A stretch of DNA of 64,000 nucleotides from Candidatus Bipolaricaulota bacterium (GCA_035528115.1 DATKZF010000003.1:86699-150698), one strand, 5' to 3'. Shown: positions 18,018 to 27,780, counted from the stretch's first letter. Notes: a model not told the origin generated them from the sequence alone. Made by a program: numbers and translations.

Positions 18018-19652
18018 TCATTGATTCAACAAGCTTTGAAAAGGCGAAATATTAAGCTTATTTTCGGAAATGGAATCGCTTTCCGTGTAATCAGAAAAGA
18101 AAGCCTCGGACATATCATCTATCCTTCCCGACCAAACCAACGAAAAAAGTATTTTGGCCACGGTTTCCGTTTCTATCCAACGCAAATTTTGGTCATCATC
18201 CACCAAATACACTTTGGGCACGGAAGGCATCTTTATCAGACTGCCCGGTTTGTATTTGATGTTTCCGACCAGCGGATATTGCGACAATCCATCGGACGAT
18301 ATCAATTCAACATTTGAAAAATCGTCATACCAAGAAAAAAATATTTTTTCATTGGGAAAAACATATCGTTGATTATTCACGCCGAGCAAATAAACAGTGG
18401 AATCTTCCGGCGATTTGATCAGTCGCCCGGACAACGACTTGTCGGAAACAAACTCGACCACGGCCGAAACCGGAATCTCGGCGTTAAAAATATTCCAAGT
18501 CAATAATTTTTCATCAACTTCGGCGAAATAAAGAGAAGAACCGAAAACGTTTGAACTTACCGAAAATTTCGCCAAACCGTTTTCATCGGTAATGTCAGTG
18601 ATCGCTTCAATCGTATCATAATCTTTTTTTGATGAATGCAAAATAACTTTTTTCCCGGCGATGGCTTCGCCCAGGTCGTCTTGCAACCACACGTCAATCG
18701 TCGCCTTCTCGCCGACCGAAATCTTCTCGTCCTCGGTCTCAACCAAAGCCAACGATATTGCGCGACCATCCGCTTCCATTGAAATCGAAGGGGATGTGTA
18801 TTCATTGCCGATAAAATCGGCTGACTTGACCGCTATGACATGGCTGCCGAGCGCAACCTCCGACCATAAATATTGCCAAGTGTCAAAATAAGTGCCGGTG
18901 GATTCGGCGTCAAACCATTCTCCATCAATGGATACTTTTACCCATGAGGGAAATGAGCCCGCGCGATCCCTGGCCAGCCCGGTGATTAAAATATCTCCGC
19001 TGCCGGAAATAACAACCGTTTCTCCGTTTTTAATATTATCTATCACCACGACCGGCGGAATATTATCCAGAGCAAGTCTGGAAATGATCTGCGAGGTGGA
19101 ATTCAATAAATTATCGCCAACGGGTCCGTCGTTTTCCGATTCAACGAAAACACCCTTCTCTCCCAGATCGAACCGGCCGTCGGCATTTAAGTCGCTTAAG
19201 GCGGGAATATAAAAATCGAGAGAATAGCTGGTGGTCAAAACATAAGTCGTTTCCACGCTGATAAATATTCTTAAACCGCCAACGGGAATTTCTTCATTGA
19301 TATTTTCAAGATACCAATAAGCTTCATTCGGGTACCATACGGCTTCTCCCAAATCTTTATCTACGCCAATGCCTTGAAATCCTTGCGATCCGTCATCAGC
19401 GTAAATTCTCACTTTGTCTATTTGATAATCAACCTGAGCCGTGCCTTTATTCTTCACGGTGATTGCGGACAAAACATCCTTCGCTCCGCCGTTGTCAGGG
19501 ACAACAAAATCCATGGTTAAAATATCGAAGTCCGATTGATAATAATAACTGAACGGGGCTTCGAAATTAACGTAATCATCCACTTCTGCCGCCATCGCGC
19601 CGCCGCCCCCCAACAAACAAATTAAAGCAAAGCAAAAAAATATTTTTTTCAT
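18018..19652 (-). CDS. secreted protein with bacterial Ig-like domain and C-terminal shared ~110-aa module
   Basis: 544 aa. Signal peptide MKKIFFCFALICLLGGGGAMA. Ig-like (Big-type) segment KKVILHSSKKDYDTIEAITDITDENGLAKFSVSS. C-terminus VYLLGVNNQRYVFPNEKIFFSWYDDFSNVELISSDGLSQYPLVGN...PSVPKVYLVDDDQNLRWIETE matches the module in the 1022-aa and 1315-aa proteins. Confidence 0.6.
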   Translation of the reverse strand: MKKIFFCFALICLLGGGGAMAAEVDDYVNFEAPFSYYYQSDFDILTMDFVVPDNGGAKDVLSAITVKNKGTAQVDYQIDKVRIYADDGSQGFQGIGVDKDLGEAVWYPNEAYWYLENINEEIPVGGLRIFISVETTYVLTTSYSLDFYIPALSDLNADGRFDLGEKGVFVESENDGPVGDNLLNSTSQIISRLALDNIPPVVVIDNIKNGETVVISGSGDILITGLARDRAGSFPSWVKVSIDGEWFDAESTGTYFDTWQYLWSEVALGSHVIAVKSADFIGNEYTSPSISMEADGRAISLALVETEDEKISVGEKATIDVWLQDDLGEAIAGKKVILHSSKKDYDTIEAITDITDENGLAKFSVSSNVFGSSLYFAEVDEKLLTWNIFNAEIPVSAVVEFVSDKSLSGRLIKSPEDSTVYLLGVNNQRYVFPNEKIFFSWYDDFSNVELISSDGLSQYPLVGNIKYKPGSLIKMPSVPKVYLVDDDQNLRWIETETVAKILFSLVWSGRIDDMSEAFFSDYTESDSISENKLNISPFQSLLNQ

Positions 19653-19754
19653 AAAAATAAATTAGTTGTCGATGTTCATATAATAACACATTTCAAATAT
19701 GAAAACAAAAAATAACTCACAATTCAAAATCCAACCCAATGGCTCGGATGCCGG

Positions 19755-20028
19755 GTTGTGGGTCAGGGGTCTTGTTACGAATTACAATCATCTGATAGGC
19801 CGATTAATATATGTTACGAAGTACAAGATTCCATTTGGCCTACAGACGGGTGTTACAAATTACATTCACCTATAAGCCTTAAGCCTGAGATTATTGTAAT
19901 TCGTAACAGATAACCTGAAAGCTAAATAGTAGATTGTAATTCGTAACAAATAACCTGAAAGCTAAATAGTAGATTGTAATTCGTAACAAATAACCTGAAA
20001 GCTAAATAGAATCTTATAATTCGTAAAC
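19755..20028. repeat. Family-A repeat copy A2, including a 3x tandem 40-bp subunit array (19893-20012)
   Basis: attgtaattcgtaaca[ga]ataacctgaaagctaaatag[ta][ag][gt] repeated three times head-to-tail. The upstream part aligns with A4 (31715-31850). Confidence 0.75.
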
Positions 20029-20142
20029 ATCTCAAGCCCCATAAAGCCTTCTTAAAAAAACAAAATCCCCCCGACTTTCGTCGAAGGGATTTTTGTTTCG
20101 GTTTGCGCTACCGAAAAACCTTAAACTATATGAGACTCTATC

Positions 20143-23100
20143 TTACGGTTTGAGCAACAGACCCGCATACTTATCGCCTCTAAAGAGGATATTAGCATGT
20201 TGGTAAGTGCCGATTCCGTTGATGCTCCAAGTGAAGTTTGAGGCTGAAGCGTCATCCAACCATAACTGGATGGAATCGCCTTGAGACGTCATCATTGACG
20301 TATCACCCCAAACATACAAGTACTTGGTCTCGCCGGCCGGAACTCTCCAGTCGGTGGAAACATCTTCGAAAAGGAACTTAACGCTGGTGGCGGAACACGG
20401 AGCGATAGCGGCAGGTGTAGCCAAAGTGACTCCATCTGAATCTTTCAAGTAAACGTCTCCTGTCGCCACGCTGGTGCAAGAAGAGCTGATCTTGAAAGTA
20501 ATATCGCCGGTAGCCGCGTCGAACGTGATGTCCTTCGGGCCGTCAGCGGTGACCGCTAATTTAGCCAACAAAGTGTTGGCGCTCGGGATCAGATTGCCTG
20601 AAGGCGTATCAACCGCGAAAGCGACTGAGGGAACGCTCTCATAAACAGTCTGATTATTGCCATCAACCGTGTAAATCACGCGAACGGTACCAGCCACGAC
20701 GTCTGCAGTAGCGGTAGTGCCGATATAAGCGTTTTCACCGGCTGCCCAAGCGGCATTACCACCAGAGATTTGTAAGTTGGTGGCGGCCGTGATCACGGTA
20801 GCAACATCAGTATCTGAAGCGCCGACAGTTGAACCGATTTTGTAAGTGCCGCAATCTGTCACGCGCACATCAGTGGCATCAACCGTGCCGCCGGAAGCCA
20901 CATCGCGATAGATGCACTCACCGGCCGCCCAAGTGGCGTTGCCGCCGGAAATGAACAAGTTGGTGGCTAGATTTAGATCAGTCGCGGTAATATCGCTGTC
21001 TCCGGCTACGACAGTGGTTGTCAAAACAACCGTGCCGGCGCCTTGTCCGACGGCTCTGAAATTATTCGGAGTCGTGAAGGCGAGAGACATGGCAGCCGCG
21101 TTATCCGCGCCGCCGCTGGTGGTGTTCATGTTGCCTTTGACAGTGATGGTCGTATCTCCGTCTTTCGGCACGTAGATGTCAAGTCCGTTGAAATCCGCGA
21201 TGCCACCACTCAAGAAAGCTGACTTGGTGACAGTCGCGCCAACGCTGTTGGTGTAGGACAAGACAACTGAAGTAAATTCGTCATCGTACATGGTTGAAAA
21301 CTCTTGGTTCTTGATTCTCAACTTTTCGATAACGAAAGCTTCATTGGAAGCTGCGAATTTGACTTTGGTAAAGTCAACACCCTGTCTGCCGGCGACCACC
21401 AAATTTACCAACGGAGTGGCTGAACCGATGTTTACGGTCAAAGTGCCGGTGGAGGTGACGGTCTGATAACGACCCGGAGCTGTATCAGGATCGGTATTGC
21501 CATTAATCAAATTCGGGGTGATCGATGTGCCGAATCCGTATTCAGCTGAAACATCGGCCGCGGCCGCGAGAGCCATGGCGAATCGATCGCTAGTGCCATC
21601 ATAAGGAGCGGTGGTTGACAAATCAACCTTCACCACCAATTGCTTGGAAGTGCCCGCCGGAATCATCCAATTCAAAGTATCGAATTGAACGGTGATCGCG
21701 CTGGTGCCGACAGTCAATCCTTTGGCAGTCGCCAACGGAGAAGTCGCGCCATCATCGTAAATGGCCACCTTGGAAATCACATCCTCGGCGTTTGAAGCCT
21801 GATTCTTATCACCCGCGGCAAAAGTTGTAGCGTTGGCATCCAAGTAAGCGGTCAATTTGATCGTGTTTACTTTGACGTCAGCGGCATTGCCCGCGGTGAA
21901 GACGAAGCCTACGGTCGAGACTCCATTGGAGCCTTTAACATAGGTGTTGCCACCGGCCGGAGTGCCAGCCAAATCAATTGACAAGCTGGTTTCGGTGATG
22001 GTCATTTCATTACCCGCGATATTGCCCGAAGGGACAATGTCGGTAATGGCATCGCCTGTGTCTGAATCCTTGAACACCCAGTTCGAAGTTGAAGTCAAAT
22101 CTTTCAAAGTGGCGAGAATCTTATCGCCATCAGACGCGGTATTTGAAACATCAACTCTCACTTGGCATTCGGTGGCTCCTGCCGCCAATGACCAAGTATC
22201 GGTAAAGGCGTTATCGGTAGCCGCCGGACTGGCGGTGTCAGCGACGACAATGCCGCCGCAGATCAATTCCAGATTTTCCATGTCAGCGGCAGCCAAACCG
22301 GTGCCGGACATGGTAACTGTGGCTCTTTCAACATCTATCGAACCCTGAGCGGTCATGGTGAAATTCATCAAAACCACTTTGTTGGTATTCTTCGACACAT
22401 CAGTCGAAGAAGGACCGTTGAAAGCTACTGACAATTGGCTGGCTTCAGCCGTGGTGGTATTTGACAGAGGAGAAGAATCAGCCTCTTCAACGTATGAATT
22501 CGCGCTGCCGCCCACTGCGGCGTCAACGTACATGTTATAGCCGTAAGTGTCGCCGGTGGCGCGAACATCGGTGTTGTATCTTACATACAAGGTGCCGGTG
22601 TCAGCGTCTCTGCCGGTAACGTCGGCCTTAGCCGTGAAAGAAACTGAATCGCCTCTTTCGATCGGCCAAGCGGTGTCCAAATCGCAAACGAAGTAATCGC
22701 CGCTCTCCGTGCAAGTTGAAACCAAGTCGGATCCTCGATAAATCTTCATGTTGTTAAAGATGTCTCTCGCGCTGTTGTAAATTGTCAAGCCCGAGAAATG
22801 AGCGTCTTCAACGGTATTCACATGTACCGAGAAATTAGAAACCTCAACTCCAACTTCGCCGATCTTTCGAGTATAAGCCTGGCCGTTTGATTCGACATCG
22901 ACTTTACCCACTTGAACGGTTGAAATGTTCAAGGTGTTTGATCGGACGGGGAAACTGCCAACGACCGACTCAGCAGTGCTGCTGATCGAAGTGGCGTTGG
23001 TCATTTCAAATTGATGAGAGCCATTGGTTGCCGGCGAATAAGCGATATCCGCGAACAAAGTCAAAGTCTTGCTCTGACCGGCGCCTACAGAAAGGTTTAA

Positions 23101-24090
23101 ATTATTAAAGTAGGCTAAGTTCGTTGAAGTGGATATGGTCTTGCCCGAGGTCAACTTCAATGAGCCGTCATAAAGATAAATCTTTGAAAGCTCTGAAGGA
23201 GAACCCAAACCGACTCTCTTTATAGCGAGGGTATTAACGGTAATCGCCGCATCGCTGCCGGCAGTGAAAGTGTATTTGGCTACTTCGACGCCGGTGGCTC
23301 CGAACGGAGCTGTTTGTGTCGCCGGGGTGTCAGAGGCCAAAGAAACGGTCAATGTGCCGTCAGCGGCTACCGGAGCAGCAGTGCCACCGCCTTGGGAATC
23401 ATCCAAGTAAGTAGCATCAGCGCCGGAAACCACATCTCCTTCGGTATAAGAATCCAATACTGCCTGAGTGGTGACAGTCACATATTCCCACTTGAAGCGG
23501 TTCGCGACGAACACGTCTTCAGACGGTACTAAATGTTTCATGTCATCCCAGATAAGCCAGACGTCGGACGCCGCAGCGGTCTTCAATAAGAAACCGTCCG
23601 GATACCAAGTGCCATCCAACTCTGTGCTCGTATCGTTGTAATTGTTCCAGAATGAATCCTGGACATCAAGTATTCTCGAACTCCAGGTTGATCCGAACAA
23701 ATCTTCAGCGGCTGTCTGATCGGCGACTTTATACAAATCGCCTTCTCGGCTGACCGCGTAAACGCTCGGAATCGACTGAATCTTAACTAACTCCGTGCCG
23801 TAGCGAGTGACAACGTTTGACGCCAATGAAATATCGGCAAGCTCGCTATCGGTTATATTCCTGACAACAGAAAAATCATATTGCCAAGTAAAATAGTACT
23901 TATCCTGCGGATAGACGTACCTTTTGCCGTCAGACGCGTAAAAATATACGGCGTCAAAGCTGCCCTTGATAACATCTCCCGGTTCCAGCACCGCGGCGCT
24001 GGCCACAGGGACGAAAGCGGCAACTCCCATTGACCAAACAATGGTGGCGAGTACAACCCCGAAAGTAAATACTTTTTTTAGGTTACCCAT
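20143..24090 (-). CDS. giant secreted Thr/Ser/Ala-rich beta-rich protein with N-terminal shared ~110-aa module
   Basis: 1315 aa. Signal peptide (VFTFGVVLATIVWSMGVAAFVPVASA). N-terminal AVYFYASDGKRYVYPQDKYYFTWQYDFSVVRNITDSELADISLASNVVTRYGTELVKIQSIPSVYAVSREGDLYKV matches the C-terminal module of the other two giants. The remainder is low-complexity T/S/A/G/V-rich. Confidence 0.6.
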   Translation of the reverse strand: MGNLKKVFTFGVVLATIVWSMGVAAFVPVASAAVLEPGDVIKGSFDAVYFYASDGKRYVYPQDKYYFTWQYDFSVVRNITDSELADISLASNVVTRYGTELVKIQSIPSVYAVSREGDLYKVADQTAAEDLFGSTWSSRILDVQDSFWNNYNDTSTELDGTWYPDGFLLKTAAASDVWLIWDDMKHLVPSEDVFVANRFKWEYVTVTTQAVLDSYTEGDVVSGADATYLDDSQGGGTAAPVAADGTLTVSLASDTPATQTAPFGATGVEVAKYTFTAGSDAAITVNTLAIKRVGLGSPSELSKIYLYDGSLKLTSGKTISTSTNLAYFNNLNLSVGAGQSKTLTLFADIAYSPATNGSHQFEMTNATSISSTAESVVGSFPVRSNTLNISTVQVGKVDVESNGQAYTRKIGEVGVEVSNFSVHVNTVEDAHFSGLTIYNSARDIFNNMKIYRGSDLVSTCTESGDYFVCDLDTAWPIERGDSVSFTAKADVTGRDADTGTLYVRYNTDVRATGDTYGYNMYVDAAVGGSANSYVEEADSSPLSNTTTAEASQLSVAFNGPSSTDVSKNTNKVVLMNFTMTAQGSIDVERATVTMSGTGLAAADMENLELICGGIVVADTASPAATDNAFTDTWSLAAGATECQVRVDVSNTASDGDKILATLKDLTSTSNWVFKDSDTGDAITDIVPSGNIAGNEMTITETSLSIDLAGTPAGGNTYVKGSNGVSTVGFVFTAGNAADVKVNTIKLTAYLDANATTFAAGDKNQASNAEDVISKVAIYDDGATSPLATAKGLTVGTSAITVQFDTLNWMIPAGTSKQLVVKVDLSTTAPYDGTSDRFAMALAAAADVSAEYGFGTSITPNLINGNTDPDTAPGRYQTVTSTGTLTVNIGSATPLVNLVVAGRQGVDFTKVKFAASNEAFVIEKLRIKNQEFSTMYDDEFTSVVLSYTNSVGATVTKSAFLSGGIADFNGLDIYVPKDGDTTITVKGNMNTTSGGADNAAAMSLAFTTPNNFRAVGQGAGTVVLTTTVVAGDSDITATDLNLATNLFISGGNATWAAGECIYRDVASGGTVDATDVRVTDCGTYKIGSTVGASDTDVATVITAATNLQISGGNAAWAAGENAYIGTTATADVVAGTVRVIYTVDGNNQTVYESVPSVAFAVDTPSGNLIPSANTLLAKLAVTADGPKDITFDAATGDITFKISSSCTSVATGDVYLKDSDGVTLATPAAIAPCSATSVKFLFEDVSTDWRVPAGETKYLYVWGDTSMMTSQGDSIQLWLDDASASNFTWSINGIGTYQHANILFRGDKYAGLLLKP

Positions 24091-24267
24091 AGATTAATTT
24101 AAATCTCCTTTGCCTCCAATAATATTTTTTCATTCGATCGAATGGAAAAATATATTGAGGTCAATATATTTTAATTATGTCACGGCCTCCCTTTTGGGAT
24201 CGACCTTGCTGGACATGACAACCTAAAGAGTTGATTAATTCGTTAATATATAAATAATTATTTTTTA

Positions 24268-25461
24268 TTATTCAACAACCGCATCGGCCGCGGCGTCCGT
24301 GGTGGCCGAGCTTTGCTCCGGCGTTTCCGGCTCGCCGGTCGTGTCGGGACTGACTTCACCGGTCGATTCACTCATCGCGCCGAGCTTGGTTTGAATGTCT
24401 CTGGTTATCAAATTACTTTCCTTTATTTTTTCAAAAGCTCGCGTAATGTCGCCTTGCTGTAAAAGAAGTCTCGCTTCTTCAACCAATTTTTGCACTTCTT
24501 CAGGCGCTTCGCCGATAATCGCGGTTTGATCAAGAATCAATTGATCGTTATCGCTCAAAACGTCCTCGGTTGCCAAATCATGCGAAGAAGCATCCTCCAT
24601 GGCGTCGCAGCTCGCGCAAGTTTCCTCGGGCTGACTGACGTTCTTAACCTCTTCTATCTTTTCTTCCGCGGATCGTATTTTACCTTCCAAATTTTGCGCT
24701 ATCTCTTCCACCGAGGATTCAACCTCTCCGGAAACGTGTTTTTCAATGATCACGCCGATGGCCGCCTCGGACGTTTCCTCAACAACATTCTGCGCGGCGT
24801 CAAGTTCCGAAATCATCGTCGATTTATCATCAATGGCTTTTATCTCTTTTTTCTTCTGTTTTATTTTTTCAGACAAACTATCGACTTTATCATCCACTTT
24901 TTTGGCCACATCCACTATTTCCTGCGCCGGTTTCGGCGTTAACTTAACTTTTTCCAATTGCTCTTTCACGTTGGTCATTTGCTCCGTTAAACCGTGAATG
25001 GCCACCTTCATGTTTTCTTGATTGCCCTCGACTTCCGGATGCAATTGCAATTTGTCCATTTCATTCATTCTCTCGTCCGCGTAGCCCATGTAAAGATCCG
25101 TTTTTTTATCCGCACCGACAGTCAAACCGGCGTAAATTTTTTCCGAAGTCAATTTAACTTTATATAAAGTGTCTCCGGGCACCGTGCCTTTGGAAGCGCT
25201 GACTCCGAAGACTGAAGCTCCGAAGATGAATGTGACGATCAAAGTTATTGCGCCAATCGGCTTATACACAAAAGTTTTAACGCTGCCCGGCATAATCGCC
25301 TTGATGCCGTACCAAAAATTTTTGAAAGCGCTTTCTTTGGTGTTTGCCGTCTGTCCCTTAATTTGGGAAATCAAAAGATTCCGATTTGATTTCTTCCATT
25401 CGGCGTTGGCTCCCAAAATCCTCAAGGACTTTAACTGTTTGATTATATCTTTGTCAGTCAT
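24268..25461 (-). CDS. putative anti-sigma factor-like single-pass membrane protein (coiled-coil, acidic C-terminus)
   Basis: 397 aa. One TM helix (IGAITLIVTFIFGASVFGV) after ~65 cytoplasmic residues. Extracytoplasmic coiled-coil, Glu/Lys-rich region. 8-nt overlap with the upstream ECF sigma gene. Confidence 0.4.
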   Translation of the reverse strand: MTDKDIIKQLKSLRILGANAEWKKSNRNLLISQIKGQTANTKESAFKNFWYGIKAIMPGSVKTFVYKPIGAITLIVTFIFGASVFGVSASKGTVPGDTLYKVKLTSEKIYAGLTVGADKKTDLYMGYADERMNEMDKLQLHPEVEGNQENMKVAIHGLTEQMTNVKEQLEKVKLTPKPAQEIVDVAKKVDDKVDSLSEKIKQKKKEIKAIDDKSTMISELDAAQNVVEETSEAAIGVIIEKHVSGEVESSVEEIAQNLEGKIRSAEEKIEEVKNVSQPEETCASCDAMEDASSHDLATEDVLSDNDQLILDQTAIIGEAPEEVQKLVEEARLLLQQGDITRAFEKIKESNLITRDIQTKLGAMSESTGEVSPDTTGEPETPEQSSATTDAAADAVVE

Positions 25462-26068
25462 GAAAAATTTCCTTTAATGTTTTCAGAGCTCGGTGCAATA
25501 GCACTCTGATGTTGCTTTTGCTTTTGTCTAAAATTTTAGCGATTTCCGAGGTGGTCAATCCGTTGATGTATTTAAGGATGATCACTTCGCGATATTCCTC
25601 CTTAAGCAGTTTCAATTTGCTTTCGATTTGTTCCAAGTCCAGTTTTTGATCCAATTCCTTGACCGCGTCTTTTCTGTCCGCGATAATTTCTTCAAATTGT
25701 TCGGTGTTTGAAACGACCGAATTTTTATTTCTCTCTCGGTAATGATCAATTATGCAATTTCGGGCGATGCGATATATCAAGGCGTTGAAATTGTCTATTT
25801 TCCTTTTTCCTTCCCGCAAGTATTGCCAAGTTTTTAAAAAAATATTCGAAGTGATATCTTGAGTTTCTTCATCTGTATTCACCTTGAATCTGACGAATCT
25901 AAATATCTTATCCACATACAAATCATAAAGTTTTCCGAAAGCCTCGGGATTGTTCTGATTTTTGGCCTGGAAAACGAGATATTTGATTTTAATGTTATTG
26001 TTCCGCATCTTTGAAGTCGTATATTTGTTAAAAGTGTTACAGTCTTTATAATAAAATATTTCGAACAA
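25454..26068 (-). CDS. RNA polymerase sigma-70 factor, ECF subfamily (second copy)
   Basis: 204 aa. Region 2 IFLKTWQYLREGKRKIDNFNALIYRIARNCIIDHYR. Region 4 LLKEEYREVIILKYINGLTTSEIAKILDKSKSNIRVLLHRALKTLK. True start may be the internal Met (MRNNNIK..., ~26008). Confidence 0.75.
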   Translation of the reverse strand: MFEIFYYKDCNTFNKYTTSKMRNNNIKIKYLVFQAKNQNNPEAFGKLYDLYVDKIFRFVRFKVNTDEETQDITSNIFLKTWQYLREGKRKIDNFNALIYRIARNCIIDHYRERNKNSVVSNTEQFEEIIADRKDAVKELDQKLDLEQIESKLKLLKEEYREVIILKYINGLTTSEIAKILDKSKSNIRVLLHRALKTLKEIFHD

Positions 26069-26240
26069 ATTGTAAAGATTATATCTTAATACATTTAGCG
26101 CAAAAAATCAATGATTAAGACGCCATTTTTCGTCACTTGACTTTCAGGGATAAAATTGCATTATAAATAAGTAAATGTCTACACCACTCTATACTTTCAA
26201 CGAATTTTTTGTTAAATTATCAGCAAGGAACAATACCAAT

Positions 26241-26534
26241 ATGCCAACGGAAAAAAACCATAAAATCATTAGAGTCTCCGTCTCGGAAGCGGCCAGGTTG
26301 CTCGGCATAGACTCGCATACCATCAGACGGGCGATTAAAACAGAGGAAGTTACCTATGCCGTGGTTCAAGGCAGATACAAAATAAATTTCGAGAGCTTGG
26401 TTAAATGGTCTCAGCAAAAAATCAGGATAAAAAACAAAATGAATAAAGATGGCATCGGTCAATACGTGGCCAAGTGGAAAATAAAAAACAAACTTTATTC
26501 GCCCAATCCGGGGAGCATGGATCATGGAACATGA
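26241..26534 (+). CDS. helix-turn-helix DNA-binding protein (excisionase/MerR-like HTH_17 type)
   Basis: HTH VSVSEAARLLGIDSHTIRRAI. ATG at 26241 is preceded by AAGGA (26225-26229). The ORF-track start is 26175. Followed by a perfect rho-independent terminator (26541-26572). Confidence 0.55.
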   Translation: MPTEKNHKIIRVSVSEAARLLGIDSHTIRRAIKTEEVTYAVVQGRYKINFESLVKWSQQKIRIKNKMNKDGIGQYVAKWKIKNKLYSPNPGSMDHGT

Positions 26535-26540
26535 ATCACG

Positions 26541-26572
26541 AAAAAAAAACGGCCGAGCGGCCGTTTTTTTTC
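26541..26572. terminator. bidirectional rho-independent terminator between convergent HTH gene and GT4 gene
   Basis: aaaaaaaa-acggcc-gagc-ggccgt-tttttttt: A-tract, perfect 6-bp GC stem and T-tract. Confidence 0.8.
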
Positions 26573-26577
26573 GAAAT

Positions 26578-27732
26578 TTAAAGTTCCAATATTCCCACTT
26601 TTTTCAATCTCGGTTGATAAATGATTTCCTTATATAATTTTTCCGTACGCTCGATCACCTTTTGCCAATCAAATTCATCAATCACTTCCCTTTTTAATTG
26701 TTGCCCCATGTTCGGCAAAGTGTTGACATTCGCCAAAAGCGATGAAAGTTTCTTTTTTAAATCACCGGCATCGCCTTTTTCAAACACCAACGCGGAGCGC
26801 AAATTTTCCGGCATCAATTCCAAATGCGCCGGAATGTTCGAAACCACGGTCGGCACGCCAAAAGACATGGACTCCAAAACGGAAATCGGCAATCCTTCTG
26901 AATCTGATGGATGAACGAAAAGTAAAGCGTTCTCGAAAAGCTGCTGCAAGGCTTCTCCGGATTGAAACCCGGTGAACATAATCCTTCTGTCTCCGGCCGC
27001 CATTTTTTTCAGATCATTCACATAGTCATCGGTAAAAACGGAACCTCCCGCAATAACCAATCTCTTCTCTGTTTTCAGATCTTTAAAAGCCTCGATCAAT
27101 AAATCTATTCGCTTAACCTTTATTAATCGCACGGCGACCAACAAATAGCCCTTGCTGCGCAAATTAAATTTTTCTTTTACAATATTGTCCCCGAATGACT
27201 CGGGCAAAGACGCTCCATTTGGAATGTAAACGACTTCAACATTGAATTTATCATGGCAATACTTTTGAAGACTTTTCGAAACCGCGATGGTTTCATGCGG
27301 AGCCGTCACCGCGAACCTTTCTCCGAGTTTCAAAAAAAACCTGGCGACCGCGCCCCACTTCTCATGCAAACTGTCGATACTGTGAAAAGTCACCACAACT
27401 TTTGTCCTTCTTAAAAATATTCTCGGCAAAAAAGACATCAACGCCGGCCCGATACCATGATAATGGATTACATCGTATTTCTTAAAAAGCGAGTGCATCG
27501 TGCATAAAAAAGTATGGCTTATAGCGTCAAAATGTTTCGTCTTCAAAGAAGGCAGCGAAATTAAACTCACGTCCTTATATTCCTTCAAATTCTTGTCCGT
27601 ATACCAAGGTCTGGTGTAAACAAAAACATCATGTCCCCTCTCAGCCAATCCCATGGCCAATTTTTCGACATGATTCTCCACGCCGCCGTATTTGGCGGGC
27701 AAACCCTTTTGCCCTATAAAAGCTATTTTCAT
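26578..27732 (-). CDS. glycosyltransferase family 4 (GT-B, Glycos_transf_1)
   Basis: MKIAFIGQKGLPAKYGGVENHVEKLAMGLAERGHDVFVYT N-terminus. C-terminal EX7E-type region (HPSDSEGLPISVLESMSFGVPTVVSNIPAHLEL). The ORF track extends to 27750; ATG at rc 27730-27732 gives the typical MKI start. Confidence 0.75.
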   Translation of the reverse strand: MKIAFIGQKGLPAKYGGVENHVEKLAMGLAERGHDVFVYTRPWYTDKNLKEYKDVSLISLPSLKTKHFDAISHTFLCTMHSLFKKYDVIHYHGIGPALMSFLPRIFLRRTKVVVTFHSIDSLHEKWGAVARFFLKLGERFAVTAPHETIAVSKSLQKYCHDKFNVEVVYIPNGASLPESFGDNIVKEKFNLRSKGYLLVAVRLIKVKRIDLLIEAFKDLKTEKRLVIAGGSVFTDDYVNDLKKMAAGDRRIMFTGFQSGEALQQLFENALLFVHPSDSEGLPISVLESMSFGVPTVVSNIPAHLELMPENLRSALVFEKGDAGDLKKKLSSLLANVNTLPNMGQQLKREVIDEFDWQKVIERTEKLYKEIIYQPRLKKVGILEL

Positions 27733-27780
27733 GAATTTACAATAGCACATTTTTAAAAAAATGTCAATTAAATGGCTTAT

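Noticed and set aside
19893-20012. Possible CRISPR array (regularly spaced 40-bp repeats near attgtaattcgtaaca)
   Set aside because: The units are directly contiguous (no unique spacers), there are only three copies, they are AT-rich, and they belong to the dispersed family-A repeat. No cas genes in the window.
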